A DNA stretch of 64,000 nt from Myxococcota bacterium. Its GTDB lineage: Bacteria; Myxococcota_A; UBA796; UBA2385. Position 1 is the stretch's first letter; each line of letters starts with the position of its first letter. The stretch lies in assembly GCA_044344255.1 (NCBI GenBank), contig JBIJDH010000023.1, forward strand, positions 32,001 through 96,000. Direction: 5' to 3'. Position numbers and translations under genes: made by a program. Below the pieces are notes generated by a model that was not told the DNA's origin, did not search any database, and was given only the letters and a program-made list of their open reading frames with translations. This document shows positions 38,495-48,388 of the stretch, one piece after another.

Positions 38495-38534
38495 TCCGGC
38501 GAGGTCTGATCCGGCGAGGTCTGATCCGGCGAGG
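38484..38534. repeat. 15-bp tandem repeat GCGAGGTCTGATCCG x3.4 duplicating the stop codon region
   Basis: Exact units at 38484, 38499 and 38514, plus a partial unit. Confidence 0.9.
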
Positions 38535-38664
38535 CCTCTTCCTGCGAGGTGAGCGAGCGAGGCGGTGGCCTCGCTCCGGCCAGGTCCAAGAAACGCGAAC
38601 GCTCCTCCCCCACCGATCCCACCGGGTCGCCCCCTCCGCCCGCCTCCCCTGGCCCCAGAAGCCC

Positions 38665-39318
38665 ATGCCCGACGCTTCCTACCTCGCGCCCAACCGCTTC
38701 GTAGACTGCGACCACCCCGCTGTGGTCGAGTTCGCCTTGGCGGCCGCGGGGGGCCTCCCCCGGCGCGAGGGCATCGTCGCCCTCTACGAGGCCATCCGCG
38801 ATGGCTGGCGCTACAACCCCTGGCAGGTGGGCCTCCAACCCGAGGACTACGCCGCGAGCCGCGTGCTGCTGCGCGAGCGGTCCCGGGGCGGGCACTGTAT
38901 CGACAAGGCCAACCTGCTCGCCGCCTGCGCCCGCGCCCTCGGCGTCCCGTCGCGCCTGCACTTCGCCAACGTGCGCAACCACATCGGCACGGCCCGGCTG
39001 GAGGCGCTGCTCGGCACCGATCTGCTCGTCTACCACGGTTACACCGAGCTCTGGCTGGAGGGGCGCTGGGTCGCCGCCACGCCGGCCTTCAACCGGTCGC
39101 TCTGCCAGCACCTCGGCGTGGCGCCCCTGGAGTTCGATGGGGTCCACGACAGCGTCTTCCAGGAGTTCGACCGCCAGGGGGGCCGCTTCATGGAGTACGT
39201 GGAGGACCACGGCAGCCACGCGGGCATCCCCTTCGACGACATGATCGCGGCCTGGCAGCTCCACTACCCGATGATCAAGTCCGGCCGGTGGCCCGAGCTG
39301 GAGCGATCGGCCGAGTGA
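38665..39318 (+). CDS. Transglutaminase-like domain protein
   Basis: YL.P..FVD.DHP.V, RDGWRYNP, GHCIDKA.LLAA.ARA.G.PSRL, HGYTE..LEGRWV.ATPAFN. Confidence 0.88.
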   Translation: MPDASYLAPNRFVDCDHPAVVEFALAAAGGLPRREGIVALYEAIRDGWRYNPWQVGLQPEDYAASRVLLRERSRGGHCIDKANLLAACARALGVPSRLHFANVRNHIGTARLEALLGTDLLVYHGYTELWLEGRWVAATPAFNRSLCQHLGVAPLEFDGVHDSVFQEFDRQGGRFMEYVEDHGSHAGIPFDDMIAAWQLHYPMIKSGRWPELERSAE

Positions 39319-39381
39319 GGCGGGCGGGCGGTCCCATCCCCCCGGACCGGCGCTTGTGGTCGTGGGAGGCGCCCGGCGTCC

Positions 39382-40440
39382 TCAGAGCGGATCGTCGGTG
39401 AGCAGCCAGCGGATCGAGGTGTCGTCGCAGTCACCCGTGCGGTCGCCGCCGCCGCAGAAGCGCTGCTCTACCCAGGCGAAGTCGCCGGGGAAGCCGAGGC
39501 TGTCGAGCCGGTCGAAGAGCCGCGCCTCCTCCTCGCCCATGTTGTGGACCTCCGGGAGGCGCTCGTAGGGGGAGCGGTCGGCCACCTCGTCGGGATCGCA
39601 GTCATCATCGACGCAGACGAGCCACCACCAGGCGCCCTCGCAGGCGGCCGTGGTGCCGTAGAGGGAGTGGACGCCGGTCGAGGCGTGGACCACCCAGCGG
39701 GGCTCCCCCGTGCTGGCGTCGGCGACGGTGGCGAGCTCGGCGAGGCTGGCGCCGGCGAAGGTGGCGCTGCTGTCGTAGTCGACGCCCTCGCGGGCGCCCG
39801 TGAAGACCTGGGAGATCTGCACGCCGGTGGCCGTCGGGGCGAGCTCGAGCACCACCCGCTCGCTGTCCCCGGCGTGGGCGCCATAGTCGCAGCTCCCGTA
39901 GTCGGCGGACCAGGCGAGGGCGAAGGAGACGCGGGTCTGAGCGGGGTCGAGGGGGCTCGGGCTCACCCGACCGAGGGCGACGAGCAGCGCCGCGCTGTCG
40001 GCGGCGAAGGGCTCGGACTCGTCGAGCCAGACGACGGGCAGCAGGCGGTCGAGGAGCACGGCCTCCCAGGCGTCGACGAGGCCGTCCTCGTCGTCGTCGG
40101 CGCAGGGGGTGTCGGCGAAGGGGAGCGCGAGGCAGTCGGCCGGGGCGCGGGGCAGGTTGAGGCTGAGCTCGAGCAGGTTCGTGGGGCTGGCGACGACCCC
40201 CACGTCGAGCTCGAAGGGGGGGAGCGGGGGTTCGCCGGTGTCGGGGGGGCCGGAGTCTCCGCCGCTGTCGGTGGAGCCCCCGTCGGCGCCGCCGCTGTCC
40301 GGGCCGATCGGAGCGTCGCTGTCCCCGGAGGCGCCGTCCCCGCCGGTCTCGTCGGGCCGCCCGCTGTCCGTGACGCCCACCGCGCCCTCCCCGAGCGGGA
40401 GCGCGGGGAAGCAGGCGGCGAAGAGGAGGAGGGGCCACAT
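39382..40440 (-). CDS. Hypothetical lipoprotein
   Basis: FAAC lipobox, Asp/Gly/Ser linker, DDDEDGL.D..E, HAGDSE and HSLY motifs, several Cys. Confidence 0.7.
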   Translation of the reverse strand: MWPLLLFAACFPALPLGEGAVGVTDSGRPDETGGDGASGDSDAPIGPDSGGADGGSTDSGGDSGPPDTGEPPLPPFELDVGVVASPTNLLELSLNLPRAPADCLALPFADTPCADDDEDGLVDAWEAVLLDRLLPVVWLDESEPFAADSAALLVALGRVSPSPLDPAQTRVSFALAWSADYGSCDYGAHAGDSERVVLELAPTATGVQISQVFTGAREGVDYDSSATFAGASLAELATVADASTGEPRWVVHASTGVHSLYGTTAACEGAWWWLVCVDDDCDPDEVADRSPYERLPEVHNMGEEEARLFDRLDSLGFPGDFAWVEQRFCGGGDRTGDCDDTSIRWLLTDDPL

Positions 40441-40502
40441 GGGGGGAGGATAGCCGCGGGCGCCGCGCGGGGGAAGCGGCCGCGGCGGGATAGCCCCTCG
40501 CG

Positions 40503-40964
40503 ATGCGACACCGCCCTGACCCCACTCACCCCGATCCCGATCCCGCCCACCGTGACGCCCTGGCCTCCGCCGTGCACGTGATGCCGCTCCAGATCTACTA
40601 CGAGGACACCGACATCTCCGGCCTCGTCTATCACGCGAATTATCTTCGCTATTTTGAGAGAGCGCGGGAGCACCTCCTCGGGCCGGCCGAGCTCGTGCGC
40701 CTGTGGCGGGACGAGGGGGTGGGCTTCGTCGTCTACAAGTGTGAGCTCACCTTCAAGGAGGGCGCCACCCTCGGCGACACGCTGGAGGTGCGGACCGCCC
40801 CGCGGATGGAGAGCGAGTACCGGGCGGTCTTCCAGCAGTCCGTCTGGCGGCCGGGCGGACGGGGGCCGATGGTGGAGGGGGTCGTGCAGCTCGTCTGTGT
40901 CGACAAGAAGAACAAGCTCGTGCCGCTCCCCGAGGGCGTGCGCGCGCGGATGAAGGCGGGCTGA
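40503..40964 (+). CDS. ybgC: YbgC/FadM family acyl-CoA thioesterase
   Basis: IYYEDTD.SG.VYHANYLRYFERAR hotdog-fold signature. Start uncertain (40503, 40572 or 40581). Confidence 0.85.
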   Translation: MRHRPDPTHPDPDPAHRDALASAVHVMPLQIYYEDTDISGLVYHANYLRYFERAREHLLGPAELVRLWRDEGVGFVVYKCELTFKEGATLGDTLEVRTAPRMESEYRAVFQQSVWRPGGRGPMVEGVVQLVCVDKKNKLVPLPEGVRARMKAG

Positions 40965-41035
40965 GGGCGGCTCTCGCCTTCGGGTGCGCCCCCGGGGTCG
41001 AACACGATAGGATGGGCGCTGCACAGGAGCCGACC

Positions 41036-41710
41036 ATGCCGCTGCCCGAGCCCGCCTGCCGAGCGACCCTCCCCCGTGGCGCCCGCGGCCTCGCCCTGCT
41101 CCCGCTCCTCCTCGGGGCCCTCCCCGGCTGCAGCCGCTCGGTCGATGAGGCCGGCGCCCAGGCGGTCTTCGAGGCCCTGGTGCTGGTCAACGCAGACCTC
41201 TACACCGGCGTCGAGGCGATGGAGGAGACCGAGGGCGCCGAGGCCGCCGGCCGCGCCGCGCCGCGGGGCCGCACCGCCGCCGCCAAGGGCTCCGATGACG
41301 CGCGCGCGGGGGCCATCGAGGGCGGCCTCCTCTGGACCGGCGTGATCGAGGTCGAGGGATCGAGCTCGCAGAGCGAGGGAGATGGCTCGACGCTCTCCAC
41401 CTACGACCTCGCCGTGACCTACATCGACGTCGCGCCCTTCGAGCCGGAGGTCGTGCTCAACGGCGATCTGCAGACCCACGCCGAGCTCGAGCGCGCCGAC
41501 GACGGCTCCTCCTTCGCCCTCTCCACCCGCCTCGACGGCGACCTCGTGGTCGAGGGAGAGGCCGAGGGGGAGGCCGAGGTGCACACCACCCTCGCGGTGG
41601 CCTGGGACGCGGAGACCGGCGGCTTCACCGCGGCCGCGACCGGTGACATCGGCGGCTACGAGGTCTCCGACTTCGTGGTCGAGCTCGAGGCCAGCGCCTT
41701 CGGCGAGTGA
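41036..41710 (+). CDS. Hypothetical lipoprotein
   Basis: AGGAG SD before ATG 41036, TAGGAT -10 at 41008, lipobox LPGC, acidic beta-rich body. GTGA overlap with the next gene. Confidence 0.7.
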   Translation: MPLPEPACRATLPRGARGLALLPLLLGALPGCSRSVDEAGAQAVFEALVLVNADLYTGVEAMEETEGAEAAGRAAPRGRTAAAKGSDDARAGAIEGGLLWTGVIEVEGSSSQSEGDGSTLSTYDLAVTYIDVAPFEPEVVLNGDLQTHAELERADDGSSFALSTRLDGDLVVEGEAEGEAEVHTTLAVAWDAETGGFTAAATGDIGGYEVSDFVVELEASAFGE

Positions 41711-44109
41711 GCGCATCGCTGCTGCTCGTGCTCGTGCTCGTGCTCGCGCTCGCGCTCGCCTGTGGCCCGGCCTCGGCGCAGGAGGCCGTCGGAGGGCCGC
41801 GGCTGCCGACCTTCCTGGAGGGGCCGTCGGCCGCTTATCCCCCCGCGGCGCAGGCCGCAGGGGCGACCGCGGTGGTCACCCTTCACCTCGACCTCGACCC
41901 TGCCGGGGCGGTCGTCGGCGCCCGCGCGCTCCCGCCCCCGCCGGGGGCCGTGGAGGGCCCCTTCGCCGGTGCCTTCGCCGAGTCGGCCCTGAGCGCGGCG
42001 CGCGGCCTCCGGTTTACGCCGGCCCTGAATGAGCGCGGCGAGGCGGTGCCGTGCACGATTGAATATCAGATCACCTTTCGACTGGACGCGGTCCCTGCGC
42101 CGCCGGCGGAGGAGGGGGCCCTCTCGACCATGGAGGGGTCGGCCGCCTCCGAGGGGGCCCTCGGGCGCGAGGGGCAGTCCATCGACGCCGAGCTCGTGGT
42201 GGAGGGGGAGCGCCGGCCCCCCGAGGTCACGGAGCGGGCGCTCGGCGCCGGTGACATCCGCCTGATGCCGGGCACGGGCGGCGACGTCGTGCGGGCCATC
42301 CAGGCCCTCCCCGGCGTGGCCCGCTCCCCCTTTGGGGCCGGGCAGCTCCTCGTGCGCGGCACCGGCGCGACCAACTCCTCCTTCAACCTCGATGGGCAGC
42401 CGCTCCCCGACGTCTTTCACTTCGGGGGCCTCGTCACGGTGGTCGCGCCCGAGGTCCTCGACGAGGCCGTGTTTCTGCCCGGGAATTTCGGCGTGCGGTA
42501 TGGCCGGGTGCTCGGCGGCGTGGTCGACCTCCGCACGGACGTCACCCTCCCCGCGCAGAGCCAGGGCTCGGCCTCTGTCGACCTGCTGCAGGCCGCCTTC
42601 TTCGAGGAGAAGCGCGTCAACGACCGCTGGGCCCTCTCCCTGTCGGCGCGCCGCAGCTATATCGACTCTGTCCTGGACCCCATCCTCGCGCGGGTGGGCG
42701 AGAGTAACACCCGCGTGCCCCGCTTCGGCGACGTGGTCGCCCGCGCGCTCCGGGTCGGCGAGGGCGGCGAGGTGCTCGACCTCGTCTTCCTCACCAGCTT
42801 TGACCGCAGCTCCTGGGACCTGCCCGACGAGGAGGACCCCGGCGCCTATCGCCACTCCAATTACGAGAGCCGCTTCACCCGCCTCTCGGCGCGCCACCTC
42901 CGGAGCCTGTCCGGGGGGTGGCAGCTCGAGGTCGCCGCGATGGGCGGCCCGGAGTCGAAGGAGGCGCAGTTCTTGGAGATCCAAGAGGCCTGGGACCGGG
43001 GCGCCCGCTATTCCTTGCGGACCGAGGTGGTGAAGGAGGTGCCGCCGGGCCGACAGCTCGGCTGGCGAGTCGGCGTAGAGGCCCTCGCGTACACCGAGGC
43101 GCTCTTCTACGGCATCCACGGGGTGAGCGGCTTCTACGCCTTCAAGGGGGGAGAGGCCGCCGAGGAGACCGTGCTCGCGCCCTCTGTCTATGTGGAGCAG
43201 ACCGAGCGGCTCGGCCCGCTTGACCTCAAGGCCGGCCTCCGCCTCGACCACACGCTGATGGTCGACACCTGGAGCGCCACCACCCTCGACCCGCGCCTGT
43301 CGGCCGAGCTCCACCTCGGGCCCTCCACCCGCGTGCACGCCAGCGGCGGTCGCTACTCTCAGCCCCCCACCGTGCGGCAGGTGGTCCCCCTCGCGCAGGG
43401 CAACCGCCACCTCGCCCCCGAGGAGGCGCTCAACCTGAGCCTCGGCCTCGAGCAGGACTGGGCGGACCAGGTCCACCTCGAGCTCACCGGCTACGCGGGC
43501 TGGCTCGATCAGCTCATCGTCGGCAAGGAGGACCACTTCAGCTTCATCCCGGCGCCGCCGCCCAACGGCGAGCTCGACACCGGGGACTACGCCAATGAGG
43601 GGAGTGGCCGGGTGCGCGGCCTCGAGGCCCTCGGGCGATACACCGGGGAGCGCACCACCGCCTGGCTGTCCTTGACCCTCTCCCGGTCGAGCCGAACCGG
43701 TCGAGAGGGGCAGGAGGAGCTCTTCACCTACGATCAGCCCTTCGTCGGCACCCTCGCCGGGAGCCGCGCCCTGCCGCGCCGGGTGACGGTGGGCCTCCGC
43801 GGGCGCTATGGCTCGGGCAACCCCTACTCGCTCGTCGCCAATCGGATCTATGACTTTGACCGACAGGGTTATGCCCCGCTCTACGGCGAGGCGGACACCG
43901 CCCGGATGCCCGCCTGGTGGTCCTTTGACGCGCGGATCGACAAGTCCTGGCCGCTCCGCCGCTGCGTGCTCTCCGCCTATGTGGACATCATGAACACGAC
44001 CAACCGGAAGAACGTCGAGCTCGTCACCTGGAGCGCCGACTACACGTCGCAGACGCCCATCTACGGCCTGCCCATCCTGCCCATCTTTGGGCTGCGGGGC
44101 GAGTGGTGA
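41707..44109 (+). CDS. TonB-dependent receptor with N-terminal TonB C-terminal-like domain
   Basis: Signal peptide, YP..A......V.L.....G.V and RFTPA TonB_C-like segment, plug motifs LPGVA, VRG, FHFGG, YGR.LGG, barrel ending FGLRGEW. Confidence 0.88.
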   Translation: MSASLLLVLVLVLALALACGPASAQEAVGGPRLPTFLEGPSAAYPPAAQAAGATAVVTLHLDLDPAGAVVGARALPPPPGAVEGPFAGAFAESALSAARGLRFTPALNERGEAVPCTIEYQITFRLDAVPAPPAEEGALSTMEGSAASEGALGREGQSIDAELVVEGERRPPEVTERALGAGDIRLMPGTGGDVVRAIQALPGVARSPFGAGQLLVRGTGATNSSFNLDGQPLPDVFHFGGLVTVVAPEVLDEAVFLPGNFGVRYGRVLGGVVDLRTDVTLPAQSQGSASVDLLQAAFFEEKRVNDRWALSLSARRSYIDSVLDPILARVGESNTRVPRFGDVVARALRVGEGGEVLDLVFLTSFDRSSWDLPDEEDPGAYRHSNYESRFTRLSARHLRSLSGGWQLEVAAMGGPESKEAQFLEIQEAWDRGARYSLRTEVVKEVPPGRQLGWRVGVEALAYTEALFYGIHGVSGFYAFKGGEAAEETVLAPSVYVEQTERLGPLDLKAGLRLDHTLMVDTWSATTLDPRLSAELHLGPSTRVHASGGRYSQPPTVRQVVPLAQGNRHLAPEEALNLSLGLEQDWADQVHLELTGYAGWLDQLIVGKEDHFSFIPAPPPNGELDTGDYANEGSGRVRGLEALGRYTGERTTAWLSLTLSRSSRTGREGQEELFTYDQPFVGTLAGSRALPRRVTVGLRGRYGSGNPYSLVANRIYDFDRQGYAPLYGEADTARMPAWWSFDARIDKSWPLRRCVLSAYVDIMNTTNRKNVELVTWSADYTSQTPIYGLPILPIFGLRGEW

Positions 44110-45005
44110 CGGGGCGGGTGGTGACGGGGCGAGTGGCCGCGGTCTTGCCGCTGCTCGCCCTCTCGGCCGGGGCCTGCTCCGCCCGCGGCGAGGACCGCAG
44201 CCTCATCGAGAGCCTGCGGGTGGTCGCCACCACCGCGGCCCCCTACACCGGCCCGCCGGGCGCCCCGGTGGAGCTCGTGGTCTACACCGCCGACCCCGCC
44301 CGTGAGGACTTCGAGCTCCTCGTCTGGACCTGCACCCCCTCGGTGAGCCCCTGCGCCGAGGCCGCGCTCCCCGCCTTCTCGGACTGGGTTCGGGTGGTGC
44401 CGCCGGAGGAGACCCGTCGAGAGACCCCCCTCTCCTGGACCCTCCCCGACGTCGGCGCGGCGGGCACTGACCCCCTCACCGGTGAGCAGGGTGTCCCCCT
44501 CTGGGTCCTCGCCTGCTCACCGGGGCGCTGCCCGATCGTGGCCGAGGCCCAGCGCCAGCTCGAGGCCGGCGAGGGGCCGAGCCTCTCCCTCCTCCAGGCG
44601 CTGTCGGCGCCCGACCTCTGGCTGGCCGAGCTCCCCCTCGAGGGCACCAGCCTCGGCGCCCGGGTGCTGCCCCTGTCCCTCGAGGGGGAGGCGGTGGCCA
44701 GCCTCTCGGTGACGCCGCACTTCGAGGCCGCGAGCACAGACCCGATGGCGCTCGAGGGCGGACAGACCCTCAAGATGAGCCTCATCACCGAGGGCACCGG
44801 CCACGGCCGGCCGCTCTACAGCCGGGTCTTCACCACCCTCGGCTCGGCCTATCCGAGCTTCCTGCACACCGACGGGGGGCCGCTCCAGTCCGGGCTCACG
44901 ATCCCCGAGGAGGGCGGTGAGGGCGAGGTCTTCGTCGTCTCGATGGTGGGCGACGCCCTCTACGGGCCGATCGGCGCCTGGTCGAGCGCGGTCACCGTCG
45001 ACTGA
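44103..45005 (+). CDS. Hypothetical lipoprotein (TBDR-associated)
   Basis: Overlaps the TBDR stop. Lipobox AGAC, SLIESLRVVA, W..C....C and C..G.C pairs. Confidence 0.7.
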   Translation: MVTGRVVTGRVAAVLPLLALSAGACSARGEDRSLIESLRVVATTAAPYTGPPGAPVELVVYTADPAREDFELLVWTCTPSVSPCAEAALPAFSDWVRVVPPEETRRETPLSWTLPDVGAAGTDPLTGEQGVPLWVLACSPGRCPIVAEAQRQLEAGEGPSLSLLQALSAPDLWLAELPLEGTSLGARVLPLSLEGEAVASLSVTPHFEAASTDPMALEGGQTLKMSLITEGTGHGRPLYSRVFTTLGSAYPSFLHTDGGPLQSGLTIPEEGGEGEVFVVSMVGDALYGPIGAWSSAVTVD

Positions 45006-45017
45006 GCCTCGACTGGG

Positions 45018-46853
45018 TCAGTCCACGCTCTCTTCGACCGCGCCGGGCGGCCACCCGTAAAAGACCGACGCGCCGCCTGGCTCCTCACTGCGGTCGTCGC
45101 CGAGGGTGAACAGCAGGTCGGGCGACCCGTCGGCGTTGAGGTCACCCGGCGCGGTGGCGGAGAGGCCGGTGACGCTGCCGGTGAATTCGCCGCCGAAGGA
45201 GCCCTGGAAGAGCGCATCGACCGACAGGTTGCCGACGAGGTCGCCCGGCCAGACGTACGCGAGGCCCGCCGGGCTGGCGGCGGTCACCGGCCCGCGCGGC
45301 GCCGCGGCCACGGCGTCGTTTACGCCGTCGCGGTCAAAGTCGCCGGGGCAGAGCACGGCGCTCCCGAGCCGGTCCCCGTCGGTGGTGCCCTCGGCGCGCA
45401 GCTCGGCCGCGGCGACCGACAGGCTTCCCGTGATCCCGGCCAGCGAGCCGGCCCCCCAGAGGGCCCAGACCGCGCCGCGGCTCGTGGTGGACCCGGTGGG
45501 GCCGGGGCCGCCGATGAGGATGTCGAGGAGGCCGTCACCATCGAGCTCTCCGGCGGCGATGGCGGCGCCCGCTCGCGCGCCGGGCTCGTCTCCCACGATG
45601 ACCACCCGCGCGTCCTCCAGGCGGGTGTCTGGGTCGAGGGGCCCCGCGAAGACATAGACCGAGCCCGGGAGCGTGCCGTCCCCTTCGCCGGGCGCGCCGA
45701 CGATCAGCTCGGGGAGGCCGTCGCCGTCGAGGTCGCCGACGGTGAGCGCCGCGCCGAGCTCCGTCGCCGCGCCCTCGGCCACGAGGGAGAGGCGGGGGCC
45801 GGTCGCGCTGAGCAGGGGCCCCGCGAAGAGGGCCACACGGTCGGCCCCGCGGCCGCTGGTGACGACGTCATCGACTCCATCGGCGGTGAGATCGACCCCG
45901 GCGCGGAGCCGCTCGCCCAGGCCCTCGCCGGCCGCTCCCGGGAGCGCCACCTCGGCGTCGTCGCTGGTCATTGCGCCGGAGAAGGGGCCGGCGAAGAGCA
46001 GCAGCGCCCCCTCGCCGCCTGCGCCGTGCCCCGGCGCGCCGAGGAGGAGGTCGCCCTGGCCGTCCCCGTCGAGGTCAGCCGCCCCGATGGCCGCGCCCAG
46101 CCGCTCCGGCGCCTCGGCCACCTCGCGGAGCTGCGCCAAGGCGGCTTCGGTCACCGCGAGCAGGTCCACCCCCCGCTTGGGGGCGAGGGGGACGACGAAG
46201 AAGCTGCGCGGCCCGTCCTCGGCGAGCGGATCGTCTCCGAGCCGGAGCGAGAGGCCGAGCTCCGCGGCGCCGTCCCCGTCGAGGTCACCGACCGGCTCGA
46301 CCACCGCGCCATAGGCGCCGACCGCCTCGGCGTGGAGCCAGGTGCCGAATTGCCACTTGGCGTCGAAGTGGCCCGACCAGGCGCAGGTCCGGGCGAGGCC
46401 GTCGCAGCTCCGATCGAAGCCGGCGTTACAGGCCTCGCGCTGGGCGGGGCTGACCTGATCGTCCTCATCGTCACAGTCGCCGCTCACCGCCAGATGGGCC
46501 TCAGGCGCGTCGCAGACCTGCACCGCGCCCTCCGCTGCGCCATAGTGGTCCCCGTCGGTGTCGGGGTACCAGATGGGGACGAGGCCGTCGGCCTCATCGA
46601 CCTCCCCGTCGCAGTCGTTGTCGAAGCCGTCGCAGTCTTCGGGCTCCGACGGGCTGGCGAGCGGCTGCTCGTCGTCGCAGTCCTCTTCGTCGAGCCAGCC
46701 GTCTTCGTCTCGGTCGACGAAGGTGGGCAAGGTAGGTTGGGGGCAGCCGAGGGCCCAGCGCGCGCAGGCGGTGTCGCCGCAGCCGGTGAGGGCCGAGAGC
46801 AGGGCGACCGGGAGCGTGAGGGATTTGAGGGAGAGGGCTCGGGCCGTCCGCAT
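45018..46853 (-). CDS. Lipoprotein with 2 MopE-type Cys/Asp repeats and FG-GAP repeats
   Basis: Start MRTARAL (46853), LTGC lipobox, DCDD..E.CDG.DNDCDG, multiple GDLDGDG..L.GAPG. Confidence 0.85.
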   Translation of the reverse strand: MRTARALSLKSLTLPVALLSALTGCGDTACARWALGCPQPTLPTFVDRDEDGWLDEEDCDDEQPLASPSEPEDCDGFDNDCDGEVDEADGLVPIWYPDTDGDHYGAAEGAVQVCDAPEAHLAVSGDCDDEDDQVSPAQREACNAGFDRSCDGLARTCAWSGHFDAKWQFGTWLHAEAVGAYGAVVEPVGDLDGDGAAELGLSLRLGDDPLAEDGPRSFFVVPLAPKRGVDLLAVTEAALAQLREVAEAPERLGAAIGAADLDGDGQGDLLLGAPGHGAGGEGALLLFAGPFSGAMTSDDAEVALPGAAGEGLGERLRAGVDLTADGVDDVVTSGRGADRVALFAGPLLSATGPRLSLVAEGAATELGAALTVGDLDGDGLPELIVGAPGEGDGTLPGSVYVFAGPLDPDTRLEDARVVIVGDEPGARAGAAIAAGELDGDGLLDILIGGPGPTGSTTSRGAVWALWGAGSLAGITGSLSVAAAELRAEGTTDGDRLGSAVLCPGDFDRDGVNDAVAAAPRGPVTAASPAGLAYVWPGDLVGNLSVDALFQGSFGGEFTGSVTGLSATAPGDLNADGSPDLLFTLGDDRSEEPGGASVFYGWPPGAVEESVD

Positions 46854-46864
46854 CGATTCGACCC

Positions 46865-48388
46865 TCAGTAGCGGCGTTGGAGGCGGAGGCTGGCGCCCGT
46901 CGTGGGGCCCTCGTCTTGGAGGCCCCCCGAGAGGTCGAGGGCGGTGAGCCAGTCGCCGAAGCGAGCCTCGGCCCCCGCCGAGAGGGCGGCCCCGAGCGAG
47001 ACCGGCACGAAGGCCTCGACCGCCCCGCCGAGCACCGGCCGGAGATCGGCCTCGACCCACGACCAGCGGGCGCCGAGGGACAGGTGATAGAGCTGGCGGT
47101 CCGACCAGTCCGGATAGAGGTTGTAGGGGAGGTCAGCCCGGACGAGGCCGAGCTTGCCCTCGAGCGTGATCGGGCCCGCTGGCCCGCCGATCACGAGGTC
47201 AAGGGCGCCGTGACGGCGATCGACCATGCCGGTGTAGCCGACCGACAGGCCGGCGGAGAGGCGATCGCTCGGGGCGAGGGCGGCCATCGGCTCGGCGGCG
47301 GGCGACTCGGTGAAACGGCGGAGCGCGGGGTCAAAGGTGACGAGCCGGACCCGCTGGCCCCTCGGCGGCAGGGTCGCCTCCCGCTTCGCCTCATGCTCGG
47401 CGAGGATCACGGCCTCGGCGGTGGCGGGCAGGAGGTCGCCGGTGTCGAGCAGGGCCCCTGCGGCGGCGGCGGGCCGGGTGGCGGGGGCGGGCCCGATGGT
47501 CAGGGCCGGCAGCGGGCGGAGGCCGTCGCGCGGCTCCACCCGGAGCAGGCGGAGGGACTGGAGCCCGCGCCGCTCGCACCAGTCGACCAGGAGGTCGAGG
47601 ATGGGGTCGGGGGCGGCGTGGCTGTCGAAGGCGCCCACGAGCGCCCGCCAGGCCCCCTCGGCGGTGGGGAGCCCGTCGAGGTCGAGCAGGACGCGGCTCT
47701 GTCGCTCGGCGAGCACCGGCACCTCCGCCGCCCAGGTCCGGAGGCCTCCCGGGAGCCGCGCGGTGAGGCGGTGGGCGCCGGGCAGGAGCGCGACCTCCAC
47801 CGACCCCGGTGGCAGCCGCCGCCCATCGACGGAGACCAAGGCGCCATCGGGCACCTGGGCGAGGACGAGCGTCCCCCGCCCGCCCGCGGCGAGGCTCCGG
47901 AGCGCGCTCGACCAGGCCGCCTCCAGCGCAGGGTCGGGCAGGGGCAGCGGCGGGGCCCGGCCGTCGACCACCGCCGCCGCCTGCTGGAGGGACAGGGTCG
48001 CCGCCCCCTCGGCCCCGCGGTGGAGCTCGGCCGCGCCGCGGAGGACGAGGAGCGAGAAGAGCGTGGCCTCGTCGACGGCGCCCGGCCAGCGGCGGAGCGC
48101 GTCCTCCGCCGCCGTGGTGGCCTGAGCGACCGCGCGCCACTCGCCGGCCCGCGCCGCCACCCCGGCCTCCGCGAGGGCGAGGGCGAGGCGGTCATCCTGG
48201 TCGGAGCCGTCGGCCCAGCCGTCGCTGTCCTGCACGAGCAGGCTGTCGAGGGTGGACAGCGCGCGCCCGCCCGCCGCGCCGACAGACTCGACATAGGCCA
48301 GATCGGCCTCACAGGCCTCTGGGCTGTCACAGACCAGGAGGGCGGCCTCGCCGGCGCGGGCCAGGGAGAGGCTCAGGAGGAGGAGCAT
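46865..48388 (-). CDS. PEGA-like domain protein with C-terminal beta-barrel-like region (paralog 1)
   Basis: Signal peptide, LLVCDSP..C, helical region, PDGALVSVDG...L.PG.HRL (PEGA-like), amphipathic strands ending in Y. Confidence 0.7.
   Translation of the reverse strand: MLLLLSLSLARAGEAALLVCDSPEACEADLAYVESVGAAGGRALSTLDSLLVQDSDGWADGSDQDDRLALALAEAGVAARAGEWRAVAQATTAAEDALRRWPGAVDEATLFSLLVLRGAAELHRGAEGAATLSLQQAAAVVDGRAPPLPLPDPALEAAWSSALRSLAAGGRGTLVLAQVPDGALVSVDGRRLPPGSVEVALLPGAHRLTARLPGGLRTWAAEVPVLAERQSRVLLDLDGLPTAEGAWRALVGAFDSHAAPDPILDLLVDWCERRGLQSLRLLRVEPRDGLRPLPALTIGPAPATRPAAAAGALLDTGDLLPATAEAVILAEHEAKREATLPPRGQRVRLVTFDPALRRFTESPAAEPMAALAPSDRLSAGLSVGYTGMVDRRHGALDLVIGGPAGPITLEGKLGLVRADLPYNLYPDWSDRQLYHLSLGARWSWVEADLRPVLGGAVEAFVPVSLGAALSAGAEARFGDWLTALDLSGGLQDEGPTTGASLRLQRRY

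Noticed and set aside
38484..38534. Possible CRISPR arrays (also 21485-21536 and 63218-63260)
   Set aside because: The units are only 11-15 bp, contiguous with no spacers, and no cas genes are present.
40965..40992. cUUCGg hairpin after ybgC as a terminator or ncRNA
   Set aside because: The stem is short and imperfect with no U-tract, which is expected by chance at this GC content.
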